37,519 bases of DNA from Cyanophora paradoxa CCMP329 (lineage: Eukaryota; Plantae; Glaucophyta): contig QPMI01000403.1 of assembly GCA_004431415.1 (NCBI GenBank), forward strand, positions 1 through 37,519. The letters run 5' to 3'. How positions within the stretch are numbered: position 1 is the first letter of the stretch; every line of letters starts with the position of its first letter. The notes beneath the pieces are model-generated. The model made no database searches. It was given only the letters and a program-made list of their open reading frames with translations, and had not been told where the DNA came from. This document shows positions 12,101-20,276 of the stretch, piece by piece. Made by a program: the position numbers and the translations under genes.

Positions 12101-12471
12101 CCTGTGTTCTGTTTGCCCTGCTCATCTTGAACATTGAAAATCAATCGACCACTATCGAACCTAGAAGGTATATCTGGGTGAGTGCCACTGGTTTTGAGTT
12201 TCCTAGGTCTCCTTCTTGTTGCTTTGATCTCTGCTACTTGGTTGGCTTTCACATTACCCAAACTAAAAGCAACACTGACATCCTCTTTATCTGGATCGGT
12301 TTGATTCACAGATAAAGCATGCTCCCTTGATTGAGTCTTGGATGAATTATCGGAGCTGTGGTCGATTGAAACTGAACCCTTTACTTTAATGTTATCAAAG
12401 TTCACATGCTTGGTGCTGCTTGCATTATCATCTTGAATTGTTTCTAGATTTGGTGGGTAATTGAAGCTCAT
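6166..12471 (-). CDS. Giant fibre/spike protein (~2100 aa reconstructed from ORF pieces 7678-12471, 7388-7663, 6918-7232 and 6166-6957)
   Basis: Phage-fibre-type HTHTKDQITDFA and HxHxWxEIxxKP repeats, YLPLxGGT motifs, ATVATSGNYDDLINKP, two LamG/ConA-like modules (EVIVFNRALT), C-terminal H-type-lectin/gp53-like domain (VTFPKAFAAAPEVV); three single-base restorations (~7723, ~7453, ~6985) join the pieces. Confidence 0.8.
9232..9385 (-). repeat. 36-bp tandem coding repeat (HTHTKDQITDFA, about 4 copies) in the fibre gene
   Basis: Near-identical units such as aaatctgtgatctgatctttggtgtgagtatgggc; related units near 7380-7530 and 6730-6800. Confidence 0.85.
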
Positions 12472-12514
12472 GGCTTTTACTATATGGATTTATAAAATTC
12501 CTGATAAGTAAAAG

Positions 12515-14070
12515 ATGCCTCTCAAAGTAGTTCTCAGTTTGTCAGGGGGAGGTGCAAGGGCATTATCATAACCAGGCTGCTAAAAGAAATCGAAAATCGA
12601 ACTGGCAGGAGAATAATCGATCTTGTGGATCTTGTGAGTGGAACTTCCACTGGTGGGATCATTGCAATAGGTTTGAATATAAGGCATCCTGATAAACCAG
12701 GTGAACCTAAACTGACAGCAAACGATTTACACAATATTTACCTAACTCAACTGCCCTTGATTTTCGCAAATCCTCGAAATATAATCGAAAATGCCCTTTT
12801 TAATACAAAGTATGATGTGGGACCCTTGGAGACTGCAATCAATTCAGTTACTGGTGAATCACTAATACAGGATTCCCTAAAGGACATTGTGATCACATCC
12901 TTTGATACTCAGAATATGAAACCAATATTTATCACAAATGACAACAATTACAACTTTATGCCTTGTAAGATTGCTGCTAGGGCTACTTCTGCTGCTCCTA
13001 CATATTTCTCTCCTGTAAGCATTGTTGATTTCAATCGGGGAGTATATGTCTGTCTAATTGATGGTGCCATTTCGGGAAACAATAATCCCAGTGTGTGTGG
13101 TTACAGCCATGCAAAGAAAATTTACAGTGATGATGATGATATTATAGTAATAAGTATATCTTGTGGAGAGGTGGACCCACATTTAGAGTCTGATTATGTG
13201 GGTTATGCTTATGAGACTGTCAACAGCTGGGGCATTCTCTCATGGATTGCCTCAACAGATGGAAGCCCATTGATTAACATGCTCATGGCTGCAAGTGAGC
13301 TTTCTGCCCTTGATAAGATGGAGGAGTTGTTACCCTACAACTATGATCAGGATTATGGGAGATACTATAGGCTATCAGTCCCACTTCCAAATCATATAGT
13401 AAGCTCCCTGGATGACACTTCTAAAATCCCAGACATGCTTGCATTCACTGAAACATACATTGCAGCAAACAATGATATGATTAATAAGCTTTGCAGCATT
13501 CTAGTAGCAAACTATGAATTAAAGAACCCTTCAAAGGCTTACATATCATCCACTCTCACTACATCACCTCCTTTGGATGCAAATTGGTATCAGCTTGCAG
13601 ATGATGCCTTCACTGCCTCATCCTCTGTGACAGGTAAAGAGCCTTTCATGGCTAGACCTTCAGCATTTGGCTGGGAAGCTGGAGCCTATGCTCCTGAGCA
13701 GATATGGGAAACCCCCACTGAATACCTTCAAGTTGCTTTCCCATATACTTTCGAACTCTCCTCTGTTATTGCCTATGGTTCAGGGGACACCAATGCTTTT
13801 ATTAAGACTTTCAATGTGGCAACATCCACTGATGGGATCAACTGGTCTTTTATTCGATCAGATGGGCAGAACAAAATATATGTCTGTGAGAACATTAACA
13901 ATGCTCACAACTCAGGTGATGTTGCTTTATTGAGTGGATTTCCTCTCAGCATCAAGGATGCTTTTTACATAGGTTTTTCTCTCAGAATCAAGTATATTCG
14001 CATTTATCCCCTTGTGTATGTGAATGCTCCCACAATGAGAGTGGACTTTACAGGTGCCTTTATTCGATAA
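12515..14070 (+). CDS. Patatin-like phospholipase fused to a C-terminal F5/8 type C (discoidin) domain (~518 aa; one frameshift at ~12558-12560)
   Basis: Reconstructed N-terminus MPLKVVLSLSGGGARG (oxyanion motif), GTSTG nucleophile elbow, RATSAAPTYF, DGA; C-terminal FTASSS...EYLQVAF...STDGINW...KYIRIYP...MRVDFTG discoidin pattern. Confidence 0.88.
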
Positions 14071-14992
14071 ACTCCAACTGAAAAGAATTGTCGATTCCAT
14101 TCATATCAATCAGTTCACCAAAGTAATCTTTAAACTCCACAGTGAGTTCCCTTATCACCAGGTTTCTGTCATTTATCTGAATGAATTCGGCATGCTCACC
14201 ACTATGGTAAACATAGCCGCCTATATCTTTACTCAATTGCAGTCTAAGGATTGCCCCCTGGTTATGTGGTTGCGATTTCGGGATTATATTGTGTCTGCTG
14301 GCAAAGGGGGACAGCTCTTTAATATGCATGTACAGATACTGCTCAGCATTCATATCAGACATCTTCCTGCTGTCAAAATAATATTGCAAGGGCTTAGATG
14401 AGAGTCTGGGTCCCGAAAAGGTGGTTCCCCATGCTGGGTGATCAGGTGTAATAGGTTTGCCATCATACTTTAACAGGTTCTCAGGTCGATAGGGTGATCC
14501 ACCAACAGGAGGAGTGCTATAATACCCATTGGTGTATTCAGTAGAACTCACACCCAAAAGCTTCCCTATTCTCTGGTTGCTTGCAATAAAACGAAACTCA
14601 TGGTTACTGTAAAACTCCACTTTATAGGTAGTTGGGTTATAGAATATCTTGAACTCAAAAGCTACTGTTTTGCCTGCAATGGTTTGGAAGCTTGAATAGT
14701 TCAGCCCATAATTATAGGGATGTGTGACCCCAAAATGACCCTGGTTAATGTAGCCACTGGGAAGGGGATACACTTTCTGTGTGATGATTTCATTGTATGA
14801 ACCATCTTGGTAGTTAAACTGAACTGTTAAATGATCAGTCCCCACACTGTTATAGATACTGTTTGGAATCTCTGCATATAGAACCCTGCATTCTCTTGGT
14901 CTCTCTACTGGAGTTGTGAGAGTGACCCTGTAAGAGTTTTCATTTTGTCCTTGGCTTCTATCCCTGCTATCAATATTAACAAGTCGATTCAT
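14060..14992 (-). CDS. Minor capsid (penton-like single jelly-roll) protein 1
   Basis: N-terminal VNIDSRDR and AEIPNSIYN plus C-terminal LTVEFKDYFGELIDMNGIDNSFQLEF, typical of PLV/NCLDV minor capsid proteins. Confidence 0.8.
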   Translation of the reverse strand: MNRLVNIDSRDRSQGQNENSYRVTLTTPVERPRECRVLYAEIPNSIYNSVGTDHLTVQFNYQDGSYNEIITQKVYPLPSGYINQGHFGVTHPYNYGLNYSSFQTIAGKTVAFEFKIFYNPTTYKVEFYSNHEFRFIASNQRIGKLLGVSSTEYTNGYYSTPPVGGSPYRPENLLKYDGKPITPDHPAWGTTFSGPRLSSKPLQYYFDSRKMSDMNAEQYLYMHIKELSPFASRHNIIPKSQPHNQGAILRLQLSKDIGGYVYHSGEHAEFIQINDRNLVIRELTVEFKDYFGELIDMNGIDNSFQLEFIE

Positions 14993-15021
14993 TTTAATAT
15001 ATAAATATAGATAAAAGAAGA

Positions 15022-16032
15022 ATGCCTGTGGATTACATCGAGGTTAGCTCATTTAATACAATCTCTGGTGATGGTCCCACATCAAGCTTTGTGGCAAGAC
15101 TCCCCAGTAGTTATGAGAATGTGAGGGCTGTGAGACTGGTATCAGCCGAATTTTATAACAGCATCCCTATGGTGAGTGGTGAAACCAAAGTTGGAGATGT
15201 GACAGTTGACAATGCATTTAGCATTTATTATTCTGAACAAACTCCTGGAGCTGGAAGCTCAGGAATTCCAACAGTTCGCCCAGCTGCTGACTATGAACAA
15301 TGGAAACAATTCATTATAAGTCGAAACACCCCCATCCAAAGCCACCAACAACTGGTGAATGTAATTAACTCTAAATTCGAAGGCAGAAATCCCCAACCAT
15401 CCGTTCGCTGCAAATGGGATGAATCACTGAAACGAATTATATTCCACTCAGCAGTACCATTTTACTTGGCTTTCTCAGTAGCTGTGAACCCAAGCCAACA
15501 AACAATCCAAAAGCTATTGAGTTCAGCTAGACTGCTTGGTCTTGATCCTGGAAGATATGGCAATTCCTCAATCCAATCACAAGTTTATGATGCTCTCACT
15601 GATGGAATCTTTACTGGTGGTCGAGTGAATGGCATTATATCTTCTTTTGAGCCTGAGAAGACCAGGGACAGTGTTTTGTTTGTGAGAGTAAAGGAGCTGG
15701 GTGATCTGGTGCAATGTGGGGATGGTCTTCTGACTGGTTACTTTCACAAAATAGTGGTCCCTGACAAAGATTATGGTGAGCATGTAGTTTACAATTCGAC
15801 AGAGGCTCATCCACTTTACAAATACTATAATAAGAAGGTTGGATTATCCACTTTCTCGGTTGATATTGTAAATGCTATTAATGAACCAATTGATTTTGAG
15901 GGTCAACCTGTTCATCTGACCTTTGAAATTCGCTATGGTGATGAGCCAGCAGGAGACCCAGTTTATGAATACTTTAAGATGCGAATGTCACAGCTTCACC
16001 CTTCCTATCCAGTAATTACAAGCTTCGCATAA
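15022..16032 (+). CDS. Minor capsid (penton-like) protein 2
   Basis: FVARLPSSYENVRAVRLVSAEFYNS and FSVDIVNAINEPIDFEGQPVHLTFEI match the same penton pattern; directly upstream of the MCP. Confidence 0.75.
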   Translation: MPVDYIEVSSFNTISGDGPTSSFVARLPSSYENVRAVRLVSAEFYNSIPMVSGETKVGDVTVDNAFSIYYSEQTPGAGSSGIPTVRPAADYEQWKQFIISRNTPIQSHQQLVNVINSKFEGRNPQPSVRCKWDESLKRIIFHSAVPFYLAFSVAVNPSQQTIQKLLSSARLLGLDPGRYGNSSIQSQVYDALTDGIFTGGRVNGIISSFEPEKTRDSVLFVRVKELGDLVQCGDGLLTGYFHKIVVPDKDYGEHVVYNSTEAHPLYKYYNKKVGLSTFSVDIVNAINEPIDFEGQPVHLTFEIRYGDEPAGDPVYEYFKMRMSQLHPSYPVITSFA

Positions 16033-16085
16033 ATTAAGGATCATTGGTAGATTTTTTATGTTGCAGTATAATAAAAGAGATAATC

Positions 16086-17452
16086 ATGGATATCACTTCC
16101 ACTCTTCAAAGACTTTCGCTGAAAGAAGCCCTAACAACCCCAGAGGAGGCGAAAGCCTTTTTCCTGGATAACTCCCTTATGCTTGGACTCGAATCCAAGT
16201 CTAAGCCAGTTCTAGTTGTTGTGAATCCAGCAATACTTTTGAGAATAATGTTGGAAATCGCATTTCCTTCAAGCTACCTCGCTACAATTTCTGTGGAAAA
16301 CTCGAACTTGCTTTCGACCTACCAGAAATCACTTTTGCTGGTGAAGATCTAGTTCGCAATGGATACACTCGCCCAGTTGGTGCTTTAGTTCAGCGACTTG
16401 AAATTACCTATGGATCTTACACCTACCACATCCCTTCTGATTTCCTTGCTCATTTCCCCCTGGTCTATTATTCGGAGGATCAACTAGCTAAAAAGAAACG
16501 CTCAATGGGCATGGTTCATGGTATCCCTGCTCATGGAACCAACCGACTTGGTGGCTCATTTTTCGTTGAAATCCCAGTGCCTTGGCTAAATCACTATCTT
16601 CCCCTTGGTGCTTTATCTGGTGAAATGGTTGTTACTGTTTGGTTTAAGGATGCTGGAAAGGGTTATGTTGAAACTTCCTATGGTGGTCGCTCTCTCCCTG
16701 TTGTTGGTGGGACAGCTGCTGATAAGACAGAAGATGATGGTCTTGGTGATACTGCTAATGCTACACTTGCCCATGTTGGTCAAAACATCACCACTTTCAG
16801 TCTTGGTGCAACAACCCCTGCTATTTCAATTACTTCTCCTCGCCTTTACATGCATGCTATTAATGTTTCTGATGAGCTTTTCGCTACTGTAATTGAAAAA
16901 GTAAAGACAACTGGCATGGCTATTCCCTCCCTTGATATTGGATTTGTAGATGCCATTGCTTTTGCTGCCAAGGGCAATGCCCAGCCCAATCGAATTAACC
17001 TCTCTCAAATCTCAGGTCTTGTCTATGCTCTGCTTGTTTCAGTTCGTGATTATGAGACTGTTGACAAATCCAATGGCTCCCACAGTGTTCTTAAGACCTA
17101 TGCCAACTCCAAAGAGATAACATTCACTGTGGAAATAAATGGTCAGCGACTTTTTGCCACTGAGCCAATTTCCCTACTCAAAGGTGCTGAGCTAATTGCT
17201 GATGCATTCAAATGCTCTAACATGGATAAGGTTGCTGATCGCTATGTCCTTTCGGGTATGAGTTTCTGCCTTAATGGAGAAAATGCGATTCGAAATATCG
17301 CTCAAAGTGGCTTTGTCGACCTGACAAATTCCTCATCTTCATTCCTCACACTCTACATGCCCACAGATAAGACAATCAATGTTCAAGTTCGCGCTTTAAT
17401 GCATAGTTTCCTCATTATAGACGGTTCAGGTGTTCGTAGAATCAATTTATAG
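16086..17452 (+). CDS. Double jelly-roll major capsid protein (~455 aa; one frameshift near 16215-16230)
   Basis: Joining frames gives NRISFKLPRY...ALVQRLEITYG...FFVEIPVPW...YLPLGAL..EMVVTVWF...VEINGQRLF...GFVDLTN...VRALMHSFLIIDG, the usual DJR motif order; lies between penton and ATPase. Confidence 0.8.
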
Positions 17453-17511
17453 ACCATATTCAGTCTCCCTGCATTATTTTTATCTGTCTTTATTTAGGAA
17501 GATCTACAACA

Positions 17512-18243
17512 ATGCAAGATTTAGAAGAGTTTAATGTTTCTGAAATGATTAAAGGTGTTTTCAGAGCCATTTTTATAGGCAAAAGTTGTACGGGAAAAAG
17601 CGAATGTGTAAAGTATTGGTTAAAGCAATTACATGATGCCAAAGTTATTGATGTTGTCCTAGTTGTGAGTGGGACCAGCTTTAATCATTTCTGGAGAGAG
17701 GTTGCAACAGTAGAACTTGGTAAATGGGATGCTGGTTACATTTCAAAGCTTTTGGATGAAAGGCAGGAGAAAATCGAAAAAGGTGAACCTGTGAACCACA
17801 TGTGTGTTGTTTTAGATGATTTAATTGATAATGAGATAATTGATTTAACAAGAGACAAGGTGGTGTCATCTCTGTACAGTAGGGGCAGACATTCGAAAAT
17901 ATCCATTATCTGCATTACACAGAAACTCAGAAAAGTCTCTTCCACTATTCGAGTTAATTCTGATTATGCTGTTTTCCTGAGTGCTGCTAATCGCAAAGAA
18001 CTTGAAGCCATAGAGGAAGAATACAATATAATGCGAAACAAGGAGGACTTTTACAAAATGTTTGAAGAATATGTCCACTCCTATCAGTATATCGTTTGGT
18101 CCTCTGCTGGCTACTCAGTTAAATACTTTGTAGATAAAGCTGAGCTTGTCAAAGACTTCCCATTTCCTCGCTTCCACAGAAAGCCAAAAAAGAAAGAAGA
18201 TGAACTGAAACCACCAGAGAAAGAGGAAGCCCCAAAGAAGTGA
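17512..18243 (+). CDS. A32/FtsK-HerA-like genome packaging ATPase
   Basis: Walker A GKSCTGKS, Walker B VVLDD, A32 signature RGRHSKISIICITQ, IRVNSDY. Confidence 0.93.
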   Translation: MQDLEEFNVSEMIKGVFRAIFIGKSCTGKSECVKYWLKQLHDAKVIDVVLVVSGTSFNHFWREVATVELGKWDAGYISKLLDERQEKIEKGEPVNHMCVVLDDLIDNEIIDLTRDKVVSSLYSRGRHSKISIICITQKLRKVSSTIRVNSDYAVFLSAANRKELEAIEEEYNIMRNKEDFYKMFEEYVHSYQYIVWSSAGYSVKYFVDKAELVKDFPFPRFHRKPKKKEDELKPPEKEEAPKK

Positions 18244-18321
18244 AAAGCCAAGTCCATAGCAATAAATTGATGCGATATAAACGCGGTTTATAAAATTATC
18301 TCTCATTCTAATAAAGATACA

Positions 18322-19056
18322 ATGCCTCCCAAACGAAAAATAGGGATCCCAGCTGGGGCTGTTGGCTATTCAGGTGGTGGAAACAGTGGATCTATTAACA
18401 CTGAACCAATGAAATTCAATGGTATGAACGAAATCAAACCCTCACAACCCCAAGAAGACCCCCTTAATGCTGCCTATGAGGAATCAGTCGATGACAAAGC
18501 CCCACAAAGTTCAACTGCTGACCAACTGAACATTTCCCCTGAGACAGCAAAGATGAAGTCTGTTGCTGAGGGTGCCAGGCGAATTATTGGTGCTGCTGAT
18601 GATAAAGGTTTAGGCTTGCAAGATCTTTCACTGGCTCGCAAAGGTGAGGGTCTTAGTAAGGAATCAGACAAGGTAATTCAGTCTATGGCTGGTGAAGTCA
18701 CATACAAGACTGCTCCCACTCAAAATATTCATCGAATTCCCAAGGCTCAATGGGATGAGATGACTGCTAAACTCAAAGATCTGGAAGCCAAATCAAGTGC
18801 CTTGGAGCAGTATGTTACTGAGAAGAAAGAGAGAGCCAAGCTAAAGGAGATGCTTCGAAAGGAAGTTTATAAAATGGGAATCACTGGTGTCCCAGATAAA
18901 CAGTTTATTGCTAAGAAAGAGAACCAAATCGATGAGCAGGCAGTAGATGAAATGAAAACAAAAACCCAAAAGGGAACCATTGAACCTGGTGCCACCAAAG
19001 CTGAAGTAGAAAAGGGAGTTGCCCCAACAGTATATAAAAGACGAGTTTGGCTTTAA
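18322..19056 (+). CDS. Hypothetical protein (244 aa, basic N-terminus, coiled-coil; possible core protein)
   Basis: Uninterrupted ORF with viral codon usage, AT-rich upstream motif, NLS-like MPPKRK start. Confidence 0.7.
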   Translation: MPPKRKIGIPAGAVGYSGGGNSGSINTEPMKFNGMNEIKPSQPQEDPLNAAYEESVDDKAPQSSTADQLNISPETAKMKSVAEGARRIIGAADDKGLGLQDLSLARKGEGLSKESDKVIQSMAGEVTYKTAPTQNIHRIPKAQWDEMTAKLKDLEAKSSALEQYVTEKKERAKLKEMLRKEVYKMGITGVPDKQFIAKKENQIDEQAVDEMKTKTQKGTIEPGATKAEVEKGVAPTVYKRRVWL

Positions 19057-19078
19057 TTATCTCTGTTTTATTAGAGAT

Positions 19079-19351
19079 ATGGACATAATACGAAAGTTCT
19101 TCGAGATGTTCAGTCTGCATGTGGTGAGCAATTGCCACAGTGGATGTTGTGAGACAACAGTGGAGTTTGAGATGTCAGATAATGAGGATAATGCCTCAGA
19201 AGCAAGAGAGAGAAGGAGGTCTACAGTTTCTGTGGAGTCAATGCCAGCAGACCCCACAGAGTATACATATGAGCAACAGGAGTATCCAAGGAGAAGTTCT
19301 CTGTCAGCAGAAAACGTTTTCTCTGGGAATATAAATGGAGGATACTATTAG
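19079..19351 (+). CDS. Small hypothetical protein with CHSGCC motif (90 aa)
   Basis: ATG at 19079 after the shared upstream motif; MDIIRKFFEMFSLHVVSNCHSGCC followed by an acidic/Ser-rich tail. Confidence 0.55.
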   Translation: MDIIRKFFEMFSLHVVSNCHSGCCETTVEFEMSDNEDNASEARERRRSTVSVESMPADPTEYTYEQQEYPRRSSLSAENVFSGNINGGYY

Positions 19352-19580
19352 TTTAATCGAGTTTACCAGTGATGAACCTGTTACTGAGGGGTCTATAAGA
19401 CACATTCTGGCAATGCAGAAACGATATAGAGAGGACCCAGAATATAGAGAGTATAAAAAGCAGCAAGCCTTGGCATCCTATTATCGAAGAAAAGCCCAAA
19501 AAGAGGAGCAGAGACCCAGAGGTAGACCAATTAAATATTATTTGCCTACTGAAAGTAGCAATGGACCCCCAGGTCTATAA
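19335..19580 (+). CDS. Small basic protein with AT-hook-like RPRGRP motif
   Basis: QKRYREDPEYREYKKQQALASYYRRK...RPRGRPIKY; paralogous to 19733-20059. Confidence 0.65.
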   Translation: MEDTISLIEFTSDEPVTEGSIRHILAMQKRYREDPEYREYKKQQALASYYRRKAQKEEQRPRGRPIKYYLPTESSNGPPGL

Positions 19581-19732
19581 GATAATTGAGAAAAAGCGGT
19601 CTCAGTATGCCACTGAGGCAGCTATAAAAGTTTACAGACAGGAACTGGTGTTCGCAACAAAAAATGACTTAAGGAAAAAGTAGATAGATTGTATTGAGGA
19701 AAAATTATTTTCGTATCTACTATTAAAGAGAA

Positions 19733-20059
19733 ATGCCGAATATCCGCAAGATACTCACAGATGATGAAAAAGCAGAGAAGCTGAGACTGAAAAGGGAGCA
19801 AGATGCCCAAAGAAAACGCGAAGCCTATCATAAAAAGAAGCAGGAACGATTATCCCAAGGAGCCGCTACAGTTCACACACCAGAAGAACTCAAAAAGATT
19901 GCCCTCAGACACCAGAGGAAATACAGGGAAAATGAAGAATATCGCGAGCAAAAAAAGGCAAAAGCGCTGGAATATTACCACAAGAAGAAAGATGAACAGC
20001 CCAAGAAACCCAAAGAGCATAAACCGGTTGGAAGACCTCGAAAATATATCGAAGAATAA
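19733..20059 (+). CDS. Small Lys/Arg-rich protein with AT-hook-like GRPRK motif
   Basis: QRKYRENEEYREQKKAKALEYYHKKK...KPVGRPRKY; upstream TATCT..TATTAAAG motif. Confidence 0.72.
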   Translation: MPNIRKILTDDEKAEKLRLKREQDAQRKREAYHKKKQERLSQGAATVHTPEELKKIALRHQRKYRENEEYREQKKAKALEYYHKKKDEQPKKPKEHKPVGRPRKYIEE

Positions 20060-20276
20060 ATTCTCGATCGAAACAAATTTTGTAGAAATCGATTTGATCG
20101 GAGGCAAAAAAATGACAGCTTTCTTCCCTCTTTTTTAAAACTGTACCTATATATCGAGACAGTATCCCGACCCAAAACTACTTAAGGACTTGGCAAATAA
20201 TAGGATATATATAAAAGACAATTCCTCCTTCCGAAATTATTTTCTTCGTTAAAGGTAGAAGTCCCCAAAATCGAAA

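Noticed and set aside
16044-16352. 102-aa ORF as a separate gene
   Set aside because: It is the MCP N-terminus read out of frame after a single-base deletion
16086-17452. Assignment as a classical virophage (Lavidaviridae/mavirus-like)
   Set aside because: The MCP is only ~455 aa with PLV/NCLDV-like motifs and no maturation protease was found; a tree is needed for final placement
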